Below are positions 1-13,206 of a stretch of DNA of 64,000 bases, piece by piece. How positions within the stretch are numbered: the stretch's first letter is position 1; every line of letters begins with the position of its first letter. Source of the DNA: Ramazzottius varieornatus (taxonomy: Eukaryota; Animalia; Tardigrada). The DNA is taken from positions 1,633,145 to 1,697,144 of the forward strand of contig BDGG01000002.1 of NCBI GenBank assembly GCA_001949185.1, written 5' to 3'. The notes below the pieces were generated by a model. That model saw only the letters and a program-made list of their open reading frames with translations. It searched no databases and had not been told where the DNA came from. The position numbers were made by a program, and so were the translations under genes.

Positions 1-104
1 AAATCGTTTTACTTAGTAAAAATACAGCGCTCTGTTCTTTTACTTCTTTATTTTAAAACAGCCTGCTGGTTCGACTTCACATTACTTTAGATTAGTTGGT
101 AAAA

Positions 105-154
105 NNNNNNNNNNNNNNNNNNNNNNNNNNNNNNNNNNNNNNNNNNNNNNNNNN
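105..154. other. Assembly gap (50 N)
   Basis: Run of N. Confidence 0.99.
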
Positions 155-1872
155 AACCGCTAATTTAAATTAACATAGGGAAAGTCGAAAAAGCCGCTTT
201 TGGCGACAGTTTAGTTCAACTTTTACCACGTAGAACGACACTGGCGAGAAGACCTTATATATACCTTTATTGTCAGAGAGCTAGCCAGGCAGAGCGTAAG
301 TATGACAAATTTGAGAAATATTTGGCAAGAGAGCCGGAAGAGACAGGGATAAAGTGATTTCAAACAATATAAAATACTACCAGTTTTAAACCAACAAAAA
401 AGGATCGATATTCTCTTTGCTCCATTTAAATCTAGAAAGACGTATGTTTGTCAGGTAGGATTCAAAGGCTTCTACTGACAGCAACTGGCTCAGGTTAGGA
501 CTAAACAAAGGATCTTTCGTCAAGGCAGTAGCCACGTAAGCGAAGGACCCCAGCGTGGACTCTATCATCCTACACGAAGGTGGAGCTGTAGAGACCGGCG
601 ACAGGACCATTTCTTTGGCTTGACTTCTTGTAATCGAGCTGTCCTTCCATCGCTCTTTCTTGAGAATGCTGTCGCCACCTGTAAATACACTTGATGGTTC
701 GCAAACACGGCGTATCCCTGACGGTAAGGGCTCTGTTCACTTGCTGGTCTCAACATCGTGGAATGGCTCGCATGAATGAAGGCACTCGGAAGTGCCGATA
801 TATTGTAAGTAGTCGACTCACGCCGGTTCGACTGTTGCAGACTTTATTCGAATGGCACGAGGACACACGGACTCTATCACAGTATTTCTGGCCGTCCCCG
901 GGCACGGGTAACCTCTTCGCGCTGCACTTCATCTTTGCCGAGAACTACCAAATCATCCAACGGGTAAGGGGTCCAACTTTTCTAACGCTCACGTCACCGG
1001 TATGTCGGTCCATTTTTTACAGCGTGGAATACTTTACTACAAAAATTTGTCCCTGAATGCGGAAGATTTACTCATGAATCATGAGTCATGATCAACGGCT
1101 AATGAATGTTCTCCCTTTGCTTCAGAATCGGCATACCACATCGGTACATGCACCATTGCGTCCGCCCGAAGAATACACCGTTCAGCCCAGTTTTGCTGAT
1201 CAACAGCCTTTCAATTTTCCATGTGAGCCTCTTCCCTGCTCCCAAAACACGAGAAAAGAACCCAGCTTCCCTATTGCTGTTCTCTGTTATTCGTGGACCT
1301 ACCAATAGCAGCAGCAGAAGTCAGAGGCAAAAGATCTTCCGGCTTGTGTTTGAAAATGCATCCCTTTCGGCGGTCACGTGGTTTTGTAACATTAATAAAT
1401 GGTAACTGACGTCGGGTGACCACCGGAAAAGATGCATTTTTAGCAGTGTAGTTCAATCGCACAAAACGATGTGACTACGAGGTAGTTAAAAACTCTGATT
1501 CAAAGGAAATCAGCAGAACAAGCCAGCGGTGCCGCTGCTAGCATTTTGACGATTGGCTCCTAAACGGGTCGGTCTGATTCAGGCAATCCGAACTTTAATA
1601 TGTAAAATTCAATGAGTGCAACGTATGTACAACGATCTAGCTTCGGTTCGACTTGTGACGTCCGGGCTATGATTGCCATTCCACAATTATTGTTTTCCGC
1701 AAAGTCTATTACGCAGGCACGCAGCGGCATCGCTGAAACAAACGTCTAGCAAGGTACAAAAGGGGTAACAGGAAACGCTATCGAGACCTGAGAACAAAAG
1801 ACTGCAAAACCATCGGAAGGGACTACCAGGAAGACCACGATGTACTATGTCACGTTTAGCGAAGGTAGTGAG

Positions 1873-3061
1873 TTACTTCAGAGGAATGGTGCCGGTAATG
1901 GCAAAAGCCAAGGTAACGTAACGCACACTTGTGCGACCAAAGTTTTCACGGACCTGCCACAACGTCATGTTGGGCTCCAACCACTGGTACTCGCTCTTCA
2001 CGGAACGCGCGTAGATGTCCACGCAGGATATGTCCAACTCTTCCGTTTTGACGTCGTTGCGGAAGGTTTGTCGTTCCGTGATGAGACGGCTCAGGATGAA
2101 ACGGGCCAAATGCGCCACTACAAACAAGTGAGGCAAATGTTCCCGCTGGATATCATGATTGATTGCTCGATTGGATACCTGATCAAAACCTAACGGCTAA
2201 CCATGTTACCAACGACCGGAAGCACTGTTTGGCCATGGGCCGCACTTACCCGTTCCGCTTCCCTTGACTTTGACGTAGCGTCGCTTCCACTTGGACACGA
2301 TCGCTTGACATCGCCCCTTCATCTGCTTCTTGTAAGGAATGACTTCCAGCGCCACCACTTCGTCTCCAGGCCCACTAATAGTCTCAGTTTCAGACTCACT
2401 TTTGATGACAACCTCGGAAGGACCACTGGCATCGGAAGTGGAGCTGGAACCTTTCAGGAGCTTGCGTCGACCACTGCGGACCACGCCGCGTTTCTCCGCT
2501 TGGTGGCGCAGACCTGCTTCTATGCTGGACAGCATAGCTTTCCGATTGTTATTCTTATCCAGCTTTTCCAATAACATGCTTTGTTGCTTATCGAGATCGG
2601 CACGGTTGGGGAAAACGATGCGGATGATGTTGTCAAACAGCGGGTCGGGACGAAGGGAACGCATGGAGGCTAACTTCGAACGGCAATTCGGGCATTCCTG
2701 CAGAATAAACCCGTCCGATTCGCGCACGACGTCACGGTTTGGATTTTCTCACACGCATTCTCCACGACGACTACGTTACTTTTTAGTACCGTCATCGTCA
2801 CTTTCTGAACTGACAGATGTTCTCGATATTTACCTTGTTCCCGCTACGCAGAGCCTGGCTGATACATTCGCCACAGAAGCGATGAAGACATTCCTTGGTG
2901 GTGCGAGTGTCGCGGAGGATGTCGAGGCAAATCGCGCAGGACAGTTCAGCCTCCAGGAATCTTGCGGACGTAGAGACAGCTTCGCCAACAGTATCCAGCT
3001 TATGAGGAGTACGGTGCTGTTCGTACGGTGTCAGCTCCCAAGTCTTTCGATCAGGATCCAT
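1873..3061 (-). CDS. RNF2: E3 ubiquitin ligase RING1/RING2 (Sce), PRC1 core subunit; 3 exons 3061-2834, 2697-2250, 2117-1873
   Basis: [15 protein letters not shown]-terminus; [42 protein letters not shown]|[22 protein letters not shown]; C-terminal RAWUL-like region ([19 protein letters not shown]...[10 protein letters not shown]). GT-AG junctions keep frame. Confidence 0.93.
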
Positions 3062-3369
3062 TGCGCCCGCAAGGAGAAAGGATTGTTGTTTCCACAGCTG
3101 TGCCAGGTAGTACCGTCTCAGCGTAGATCTGCCCGCTATTCCGGCAGCGTCCAGTTACTCCTAACAACTGAAAGCGACAAAGGGCAGGGATAAGACTGTC
3201 CATAGGCTTCAGAATGGCTTCCTCAGGAACGTTGGAACTCAGAACTCCGAAGACGGAGGAGAATAGGAACAATGTTTATAACGAAAATACGGGTCAGCAA
3301 GCTGTACGCCACACTGCTGTACGCCACCGTGCCACTTCTAAAGTGCACTTGTTTGAGTAAATGTGGTTA

Positions 3370-3395
3370 GCGGTGCGGTGCGGTGCGGTGCGGTG
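3370..3395. repeat. (GCGGT)5 microsatellite
   Basis: gcggt repeated five times upstream of RING1. Confidence 0.8.
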
Positions 3396-3461
3396 GGGAA
3401 ATTCGAAGAGATACGGTTGATTATGCCTGACTTTTGACTGGCGAAAACAACTTCACAGTAA

Positions 3462-4360
3462 GGGGGTTCAACCGTTGATTACACCGCCGGTGGCATTACA
3501 ACGGCCTTGTTAATGGCACCGCCTCCGCAATCTTTTTCAGCCAGTTAAAAACTGTTTTAGTTCAACGAAATCATCTGCCGTTGAACGCCCTCTGTTCGAT
3601 CCAAACATGAGACCGGTGTAAAATTTCGAAAAGCTTGATTTCTACTTCTGCCGATTTGGCCCTCACTACTTGCAGTATTCCATTTCTCATCGTATCGACC
3701 ATGCCTCAAGCCAACGAACGAGCCGTTCTCTTGCAAAAGATATATCGGAGGATTGAACTACTTCGTCTGAGACGAGAGGATTGTTCATCGGGATCGTCAT
3801 CCGAAGACACAGAATCCTCTTCAGATTCGAGCGACACTAGTTAGGACGAATACGAGTTGGATATTTTGAAGATTCGACGTCGGTTTTTACGAAGATGTCG
3901 CTACCTACGCAAGAGATCGCTTGTTCCCAAGAGTTCCCATTTTGTAGACACCATTCTCTCTAGGTTGAACGATGTTCGATTCAAAGAAGCTGTCCGCATG
4001 CATACGGAGTCCTTTGTCGATCTGGCGGATCGCTTGGCTGGACATCGAGTTTTAAGGATACCATTCAGAATCCTCAGCGCTCTGTTCAACTGCAGTTAAT
4101 TAAAAACACAGAGCAAGAAGTGCAGAAAGATGGGGAACGAAATCAAGATATCTGTAAAGAAAGTTCCGCACTGCAAGTAGAAACCGAAAGTTTCGTCAGT
4201 CGGTGGGATTACGAGTTACTCGGGAGTGAGTCGTAATTACACCGAGTCTTCGGTGGAATGTGGTTTTCGGTGGAATGGATAGACCAATTGCGAGGGGCAG
4301 GGGTGGGGTCATTTTCACCGGATGTAATTCCACCAGCGGTGTAATCAACGTTGAACCCCC
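3462..4360 (+). mobile_element. PIF/Harbinger-like non-autonomous deletion derivative (about 900 bp)
   Basis: About 40-bp TIRs GGGGGTTCAACCGTTGATTACACCGCCGGTGG / CCACCAGCGGTGTAATCAACGTTGAACCCCC flanked by TAA and TTA. Internal frame 3701-4099 (one in-frame TAG at 3842) resembles a Harbinger transposase N-terminus (acidic Ser-rich tract, then LNDVRFKEAVRMHTESFVDLADRL). No DDE core. Confidence 0.8.
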
Positions 4361-4584
4361 TTAGTGGCTACTACTGCGCCCCTTCTGGTCTAACCCGTAG
4401 GAGTGACTCGTATCCCACTGTGACAACTTTATCGAAAGTTTTTCATTCCGTCGAGACTCGAGAGTTTTTTCCTTCCCTTCCCAGTTCCCAGCCTTGCGAT
4501 TTACGCTTTGTTTGTTCGCTGAAGAGGATTTAGAACACAGTTGCTCTTGTATTCTCGTTTTATGTACCGCTGGCTGACAGTCCG

Positions 4585-7500
4585 ATGAGCATTTGGAGCT
4601 CGATCAACCGATGTTGCTGTCATGGACAAGCCGTGCGGATCGCTCAGAACGTCCACTTGTCCGCAGTTTACCGCATAGCTCCACATAGAACACACTCGAC
4701 GCTTCTTCCGACATGGACGAACCATCCCAGGCCTCATACTATGTCCGTCGGAATTCGACGGCGATGGAAGAGTACCAACCCCGAGTTGATTTCCTCCTTA
4801 TTCGTACCGGTGCAGATTGAGCCAGCCACCAACTCGGGACAAGGCGAAGATATCGGCGAAGAGTTCACGGGGAAACTCAACCGAGACGAAGTCCTGAAAG
4901 CCATGAACGCATTTTATCGTCGACCGGAAATGAAAAGACTGGCAGAAGAACATGGACTTGACAGTAAGGCTAGAACGACGAATACTCAGTTGTAATATCA
5001 GTCGTGGTCATGACGTCACGCTGAAACTGCAAATTCTGGTGTACCGACGTTATTTAACGTGACTTTGTGACGTCGTTCATGACGCGTCATGGCATCTGTG
5101 CATGTGTCAAGTTTATTAAGCTCGGGACGTCATGGTGCAGAACCTAGCTTCTCTTAAGGCTTGAGCCATATGTGTTGTGATGGTGACGTCATGCATCGGG
5201 GTAGTCAGAAATTTCGAGTTTTTTAAATCCAGTGTTCCTTCATTTCAGGCCGGTTATTCCACCAAGCATTCATCTCTTTCCGCAAGTACTGCGTGAAATC
5301 ACAGACGTTACCGGTGGAACTGCACATTCTCCTCAGCGACTTGATCCAGTCCCAGAACTTATCTCCCTCCGCCCAGACTAACCACATCGACGACCTTTTT
5401 CCTTATTTCCTCCAGCACGCCAAAAAGTGCTACCCGCATTTGGAGTGCATGGACGACCTACGACAGATCAGCGATCTGCGGAGTCCGGCCAACTGGTACC
5501 CTGAAGCCCGTCAGAAGCAGAGGAAGGTCATCTTTCACGCTGGCCCCACAAACAGCGGCAAAACTTTCGGCGCGATGGAACATTACCTGAAGGCTAAGTC
5601 GGGTATATACTGCGGGCCGCTGAAACTCCTGGCTAATGAAGTCTTTCACAAAGCCAACGATCGTGTAATATACCCTTAGGACCATTGTTTTTGGAAGTCC
5701 GTAAACATACTCGACAAGATTGTTTCTCAAGTGGCGCACATTGTCTGTGTTACTGGCTGGATGCTCGCGTCAACGTCACTGGAAAACTATTTGTCCAATT
5801 TGTGTATTCGTTTAGGCCTGATCACTTACCGAATCTTTGTCCTTATTCATCTTGGTCGTTTCTTCGTTTCTAGGGTGTACCATGTGACTTAATAACGGGA
5901 GAGGAACGTCGACTAATGAACCCGGACGGTGGATCGTCCAGCCACATCGCTTGCACGGTGGAAATGGCTAGTACCCAAGTAGCTTGTAATGATATACTCT
6001 TTTCGAGTTTCTCTCGCGTTTTTTCAGTAGCTGTTTCTTGATGGAAGGATCTTTGTTGGTTGGTAGATGAGGTGGGAGTCATTGATGAAATACAGATGAT
6101 TCGCGATACGGCCCGCGGCTGGGCTTGGACCAGGACCGTTCTCGGTGAGCCTCGATAACTTCCGGTGACGTCCACAGGTGAAAAGTATCAAACGGTCTGG
6201 AACAGGTATCTGTTTTTAGGCCTCTGTGTCGACGAGCTTCATCTGTGTGGTGAAGCCGCCGCCATCGATCTGATCAAAGAAATGCTGCTGGACACTGGTG
6301 AAGACCTGGAAGTCAAGACGTACAAACGCCTGACCAGCTTGACTATTTCCGACCGCGCTCTTCGTGTGTAAACTTTGGCTTTGTCCTCGAACTGACTGAT
6401 CCCATGTGGAAGTGGATGCTTGTTGGTTTCTTGTAGAGAGTTTCGATAATATTCAGGACGGTGACTGCGTCGTTGCATTCTCGAAGAACGACATATTTTC
6501 CATTACAAGGGCAATCGAACAGCGTGGCCGAAGCTGTGCCGTCATTTATGGAGCCCTGCCACCCGGTAAATTATCAGTTTCGTTTTTATCTTTAACTTTC
6601 GTCTTTCGTTCACACGGAATCGTTGGATGAGCCGTATTGCTTTCCTCAGGTACCAAAGTACTACAAGCCAAGAACTTCAACGACCCTGAGCACGGAACGA
6701 ACGTCTTGGTGGCGACTGACGCCATCGGAATGGGGCTGAATTTGTGAGTGACGGACGGTTGATTAAGATACTAGGAAGAGAGCAGCTAGAGCTGTTACGC
6801 TTACCTACTGATTTAGCAGAGTCGGAAGTCATAAGATGAAAAGCTCTGGATCGCTTTTCAACAGTTGTTTAACGATGTGTTGCTTGCTGTAGGAATATAA
6901 AGAGAGTAATATTTTACTCGCTGGTGAAGCCGACAGTTAACGAGAAAGGCGAAAAGGACATGGAACAGCTTTCGACATCACAAGCTTTGCAAATTGGGGG
7001 ACGCGCTGGTCGCTACCGTACACAATACGCCGAGGGCGAAGTGACAACTTTTCGACCAGAAGACCTGGCTACCTTGCAGGAAATCATGGCTAAACCCATC
7101 GAACCCATCGAGGTAACCCCACAGAAACTTTTTGTTCCAACTCTTTTTCTTGTGTCATATTTCCGCCAACTCTTCTTTTCTCTCAGACAGCAGGACTTCA
7201 TCCAACAGCCGAACAGATCGAGCTCTTTGCTTACCACTTGCCGAAAGCCACTCTGTCCAACTTGATCGTAAGCTCAGCGATATCACCTTTTCCGGTGATG
7301 TCACTGCAGAAGTGCAGCTACAAAATTTAGTATCGATACTGTGGGCAGTTTATTCTGCCCAAAAGTCCTTTGGCCTTTTCTACCCATGATTTATCTTCTG
7401 CCTTTGCAGGATATTTTTGTCGGGATATGTCAAGTAGATGATTCGGTATACTTCATGTGCAACATCGAAGACTTCAAGTTCCTGGCTGACACAATCCAGC

Positions 7501-8254
7501 ACGTTCCCTTACCGCTCAAGACTCGCTACACCTTCTGCTGTGCCCCCATCAGCCGGAAACAACCTTTTGTTTGCAGCATCTTTCTCAAGGTACTTGACTT
7601 AAACCTGCGACCGAAGAGAACAAACCGAGCGAGATCTTTGGCAAGCGGCGCACCCACTCACTCTATGACACGGGCGACGTGCGCCAAAGAACTTGGGCAA
7701 GGAATCTTGTCGAATTTGTCCACTGAGCGTTCATTCTGTTTTTTCTCTCTCTTCAAACCACCACCTTCTCATGACGAAATATGTGGTCTTTATAGTTCGC
7801 CAGACAGTTTAGCCGAGGAGAAGCTTTGACCTTTGACTGGGTGACTTCCCAATTGGGTTATCCCTTCGCTATCCCTGACACCATCGCCGAACTGCAGCAC
7901 CTCGAGAACGTCTTTGACGTTTTCGACCTATACCTATGGCTGTCCTACCGCTTCCAAGACATGTTCCCCGACCAAGAGAGGATGCGAGCGACACAGCACG
8001 AGCTGGACAATATCATCCATCAAGGTGTCTCGAAGATCACCAAGCTCATTCAACAAGCCAACTTAGCCCAATCGGAAACGACGGATACCAGACAGTCTTC
8101 ATCCAACACATCGAGAAGAGACTCGGGAAGAAACAGATCGCAACCTGAGGGTGATGCTGTGGTGGAGCCGGTAAAAGATAGTCAGAAGTTGACGTTGAAG
8201 AGCCAGATTTTAACGAGAAGACCTCGTGGCTCAGCACTTCTCAACCGGAAGTGA
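4585..8254 (+). CDS. SUPV3L1: Mitochondrial ATP-dependent RNA helicase SUV3, multi-exon
   Basis: [26 protein letters not shown] (Walker A), [75 protein letters not shown]; presequence-like N-terminus; GT-AG introns. Confidence 0.96.
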
Positions 8255-8564
8255 AAACGGTTGTGATGAAAGTTCGCACTTTTATCCTTTGTATGTTTTC
8301 TCAGGATTTCTACCTTTATTTTCTGTTCGCTTCCCACTCAGTAAAATGCCTTTGGACTGCTTGAAAATTTACTGAATTATCACCGCGTCGTACGGTGAAA
8401 AAAATAACTTCGAATTGCGGTTCCCCGATAGTTACTGTGCCAAACATACACTGATACACACCTTCACAAAAGCCACTTATCACACATATACTGCAACATA
8501 TCGACAAGCCTTTTGCCTGGTAAAACTCGAACAAGCAAAATGTAGACTAAAACTATGGCTGCTT

Positions 8565-9370
8565 TTATTTCTTGACGGCTACAGAAACCTTCTCAACGGG
8601 CATGTTGGCGTGGTAGTCCGCAGCAAGGACGTTGGGCTCCAGTACTGGACTGTCGAAGGCCGGAGGATTATGCATGAACTTCTTTGGCTTCCTTACTTTC
8701 TCCCACTGGAAAGGATCCACTCGCCATATCTGGAAGCAGAACAACATTCAGGATCACAAGCCTCGTGCATTCCCAGCGAACCAAAAAGGTCCAAAATTAA
8801 TGCGTCATGCGTGACTTAACCCTCCGCCAATCAACAATCAACTGGTGCAGTGGTCAAGATAGCGCCCGTGACGTCTTAGCAAAATGGCAAGAGCTGCTGT
8901 TTCCTGCCGTATCAACAAGCGCACGTAATGACGTCATGGGCTGGTCAGAGGAACCGGACATCGAACTGACGTTCTAGCATTCGAACGCGCCAGCTACGAT
9001 TCTCCTTCTTGCATTCATGACGAATATTTTTGCCAAAATTTTGCGAGGGTTCTTACAATATGAATGCGAGAAATAAGCACAAGGAAGAACTTACGTAAAC
9101 GCAAGTGAGGCCGAGGAAGGCAAGGCTGCCAACCAGCTGCATTGTGTACTCCGCTTGCTTCTTGCCATAGGCCGTCTGCCATGATCCCGACGGCACTACC
9201 AGACTATTCATGTTAGCCTTCGCAGGGGCAGCATGTCCATGGCCATGAGCAGCGACTGATGAAGCAAATCTCCGGCCAGCAAGACGCGTGGAGAATAACA
9301 GTGAACCTGTGATGACAAACGCACTCGTCAGATGCTTTCAGTACCTCTCCTTGGAGCACTCACCCCACAT
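8565..9370 (-). CDS. Small single-TM mitochondrial protein, prag01/Deltameth_res family (Drosophila CG7630, COX7B-like); 3 exons
   Basis: Spliced product MWGSLLFSTRLAGRRFASSVAAHGHGHAAPAKANMNSLVVPSGSWQTAYGKKQAEYTMQLVGSLAFLGLTCVY|IWRVDPFQWEK...KK*: Arg-rich presequence, MNxLxVPxGSWQ motif, one TM helix. First coding exon is 7 nt (ATGTGGG|gtgagt). Mostly missed by the ORF track. Confidence 0.75.
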
Positions 9371-9845
9371 CCTTTGATAGTTCTTACGGAAAAAATCTAG
9401 TACAAAATACAACAGGTAGATAATTCCACTCGACCAGGAGATGTTTAGCAACAGGAGAGATGGCGAGACACGTTCTGAATCTGCACTGCATCCCCAATTT
9501 TTGAAGAAAACTTACTGCCCAAAAAGTGGAGTATCACGTGGTGTACGGCATTTTAGTTTAGGATTGTCGGCCACGTGTATAATGACGTATACAAATGTGT
9601 TCAGGTTCGGCGGTGCTGGCCGTTTGTCCAGTTCGTTTATTACGTCATCGTGACGAAAAGGTAGGGGCACGTCGACCAAGGCCAAGGAATTTTCCCCGGC
9701 GAATTCACCCGGCGCGTAAGTTCGGCGTGCTTGTTCATGTTTGACAAGCAGGCAGAAGAATAACTTCCTGGTTAAAGTTTGCAATCAAACATTATCAGCT
9801 TTAGCGCAGGGTAGCCTGCGCGTAAGTACGAGCAAATGGAAGCAA

Positions 9846-9890
9846 TTTCTAGAAATCTCGAGCTCGCTAGATTTCCACCTATTTAATTCG
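9846..9890 (+). promoter_or_regulatory. Heat-shock-element-like nTTCnnGAAn array plus TATA-like TATTTAA upstream of the sHSP gene
   Basis: tttctagaaatctcgag followed by cctatttaatt about 100 nt before the sHSP ATG; more GAA/TTC units in intron 1 (about 10128-10160). Confidence 0.55.
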
Positions 9891-9986
9891 AATCCCGACT
9901 TCTCAAACTCGTCTCTGCTCATTTCTCTACCATAGATATCATCCGGTCTGAAGTTTTAGCGATCTTTCTAACCACAAGCCGCCATC

Positions 9987-10946
9987 ATGAGCATGCAACG
10001 CTACGACGACTACAACGATTACGGCAATCGCCAAATGCGGCCTCATCGCGGGAATTACGAGATGGAGCCGTTCTTCGGAGGGAACTTGTTCGGAGGAATC
10101 GACCATGTGGTAAGTTAGAATAGCTTGGTTCGAAAGTACGAACTCTGGGAACTTCCTCGATAATGTTCTATTCAACCATCCAGATGCGAAGTATGACGCG
10201 CGATCTTGCCCGCATGGAGAAGCACATCTTCGGTTCTTCCGACACTCCCAACATTGGGTCGTTGATCAACCACAATATGGCTATGGTTCCAAACTTCATC
10301 GAGCGCGATGGACAGCAGCTCGCCCAGTTTCAGCTGGACGTTCGGGGATTCAAGCCGGAAGACATCACTAGTGAGTTACCTGTAAAATCAACGATATGCG
10401 ATCAAAGCTAGCAACCAATATTCGGGGATCAGCACAAATATGTAATAATTCTGTTTTGCAGTTCGTACTTCGGAGAACGTCATGACCGTTACTGCCCGAC
10501 ACGAGGACAAGAGCGACGTAGGTATACCGAGTTTTAGCGCCGTGATCACAGTGCCTTACGCGGCCTTCCGATTTTTTCGTAGGACCACCATGCTATCCGT
10601 GAATTTCGCCGCATGGTTACTATTCCACCAGGTAGGGTAGAATTTCTTGTCCGTGGTTTGAATTTCGAACTTCGTCCCTGGTCTGACCAGGGAATTGCTT
10701 ATAGGTATGCAAATGGAGGGGATGAAGTCCCGCCTGACCCCTAACGGGGTCCTGTCCATCGAGGCACCCTTCACTCCGCAGGCCAACCGTCAGGGAGACT
10801 TCTACGAGATCCCCATTCAACATGGCTCTTCCTCCAACCGGAACTCCATTCAGAACTCTGGCCAGAATAGTAGCCAGAACACCAACCAGAACACCAACCA
10901 GAACACCAACCAGAACACCAACCAGAACACCAACCAGAACAAATGA
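9987..10946 (+). CDS. Small heat-shock protein (alpha-crystallin/HSP20 family), 5 exons
   Basis: QFQLDVRGFKPEDIT, TVTARHEDK, REFRRMVTIP, SRLTPNGVLSIEAP, C-terminal IxI motif (EIPI) and QNTN-repeat tail. Confidence 0.92.
10875..10940 (+). repeat. Coding 12-bp tandem repeat (CAGAACACCAAC)x5.5 encoding (QNTN)n
   Basis: Perfect tandem copies at the end of the sHSP CDS. Confidence 0.95.
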
Positions 10947-12028
10947 AAGCGTCAACACAGGATCTCCAAAGTCCAGACAAGTAGTGTGAACTGTGAAATT
11001 CCAATAGGTGGGATGTCTCATTTTTGCCCAATTAGCCCCTTTCCGCTAAAGGTTTGCGTTTCTGCGTGTCTTTGGTTCCCATCATCTACCTACAAATTAT
11101 TCCTGTGTGCGTCTTGAGCAAAAGTAATAGCCGTACGAGTCTTGTTGGTTCACTGTCGTTGATCGCCCTCGAGAATAAATTTTTCTTTTATTGCTGTTCG
11201 TGGATCTGACACTGCCATCTTGTGCACCGGGTAGGCGGGTACTCTGCGATGAGCCCGTATACTTGCTTTGCGTTAGCGCAAGGATGCGCGTACGATATCG
11301 TAATCTATAGTACAGTCGACTTACCGTTACTGCTCCGTAACACAGTGGCGGAAGTGGAATCTGTCAGGTCTGACAAGTGAAGTTGGGGCCCTAGGGAGAT
11401 TTGAACGACAAGAATTGAGTGGCAGTCGGTCACGCATCTTTTGCACTCCTTCTACTGCTCTATCTCATCGTACGAGCAGAGTACCCTGGCCCAGCATGCA
11501 TCTGTCGACAAAGTCAACTTTATGCCGAGATCAATATTGTAACACGTAGCCATATTTCTTCTCATGTGCAATCAACAACTTTCGAAAATTTGCTTCATGC
11601 GATTGTTTCTAAGTAGAACGATTTTTGACCTGCAAAATGGAGTATTCCTTGTACGGAAGAAAGATATCAAATCTCTCTTCAATGACAGTCTGCGTATGAG
11701 GAACTCGGAAAATTAACAATATCGATACGAGCTGCTTCTACGGATACCAGTCCTTGCACTGCACTGCATATTTGCACTTGGAGTTCCCTGTGTGGGATAC
11801 AGACCGTGAAACCGAGAAGGATGGATAGATGATATCCTCGACGAAACTATTTTACCTGGACTTGATAACTGGTAAGCATTTCCTGGTCTCTGGAACTTGC
11901 ATAGCCAATGATATCGAATTTTCATTGTCCTTTTCCTTGTTATGTATTTTTGTAAATCAAATAATCGTTGACGCGCTAAACGCAATGACGTTGTGAATCG
12001 GAAAGGTGTACACGCACGACGAGATATT

Positions 12029-12612
12029 AGACCTATTTCGCAAGTCACGTTTCGGCCCTGAATTACATAAAATCACAGGATTCTGTGCTGTGCAGGTTCC
12101 TGTGCAGAAACCGTTTCTCGGTTTCGACACTTTCGGCACAGAAGATTAAGATAAAGCGATGTTACGCTGCGCGAGTTCAGCCGGGAACTGAGATTCGCGA
12201 GACCTGTCACTTATCCCTCAATCGGATGAATCCAGGACTTTGTTCGCGTTTTCTAGCAGTAGTTTTGGGAGGAGAAATGTATCTTCCTCGTTTCAATGCT
12301 GGTTCAGGTCAAAAACGTGATGGATTTGCAGAAGAAACGAGAGCGAAAGTCAAGTGGCGCAATGTGGGGAAGGCGCGTCGCTCGGATTACTTGGCGCGCC
12401 AGGTCCAACTCGCTGATTGGTCTGATCACGCTCCACTCCTCCGAAATTTCAAATTTCGACCAAAGTGGTCAATAGTTCAATCAACTCAGCTTGCACAGAA
12501 TTTGGAATTCTGTGCTGCGATATTAGGCCGAACATAAGTCGTGGATAAAAGCACAGCATAAAACCTATACATATGCTATGCAAGCCGAAAACATGACTTG
12601 CGAAACAGGTCC
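12029..12612. mobile_element. 584-bp MITE family B, 3-bp ATT TSD (PHIS superfamily, Pangu-like), nested in the left TIR of family A
   Basis: ATT|AGACCTATTTCGCAAGTCACG...CATGACTTGCGAAACAGGTCC|ATT; inverted homologous copy at 59195-59779. Confidence 0.88.
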
Positions 12613-12684
12613 ATTACGGGCCAGTAAAAATTTCGGACCAGGCCTTTTCGCTACGGCGGCACGGGCAGGTGATTCTTGCTTCAC

Positions 12685-13206
12685 GAGAGGATTATGCCTG
12701 TCCCGACGTGCCGATAGTGAAACTGACCCAGCCAAACTATATAAGAGAGTCTCTTCTATAATGTGAGCAAGGTAGCTAAATCCCCCGACGATCCCGGAAT
12801 GAACTACAGGACGCGGAAATAGAAGTCCATTGACCGCTTCTGTATGCCGGGATGACGGAAAGCTCTTTGATTGCGAGTGTTGATTGGCGATATTACAAAC
12901 AAGCCGCTCAGCTAATCAACAGGATGACCGAACAGCGTGCCAACACTGGATGAAGATGCCCGATAGCACACCATCCAGTCCGAATCTGACGGAACAGCTG
13001 ATCGACTGAGTTGTTCAATCCAACTTCCAATCGAAGAGCTTACGTCACTGCTGTAGTTTAGGTTCATCACTTCGGAGTCCTGTAGTTTATTCCAGGATCG
13101 TCGGGAGATTTAGCTCCTTAGCTCGTAACAAAGAAGAGACTCTCTTCCATCGTTCTGCCGGGGCGGTTTGACTATCGGGACGTTGGGACAGGCATAATCC
13201 CCTCGT
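12685..13206. repeat. Long imperfect inverted repeat (arms about 140 bp; likely another nested MITE)
   Basis: GGATTATGCCTGTCCC...CCCGACGATCCCGGAATGAACTACAGGAC mirrored by GTCCTGTAGTTTATTCCAGGATCGTCGGG...GGGACAGGCATAATCC. Confidence 0.75.

Noticed and set aside
155-1700. Short ORFs and exon-like segments near the gap
   Set aside because: Could not assemble a consistent spliced frame or recognise a domain on either strand.
2339-3193. 284-aa plus-strand ORF
   Set aside because: Antisense shadow of RING1 exons; no recognisable motifs.
10875-10940. Possible CRISPR-like array
   Set aside because: Contiguous 12-bp repeats without spacers, inside a eukaryotic CDS.
10620-11031. Minus-strand ORFs with (LVGV)n or (CSGW)n repeats
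   Set aside because: Reverse-frame readings of the sHSP QNTN repeat.
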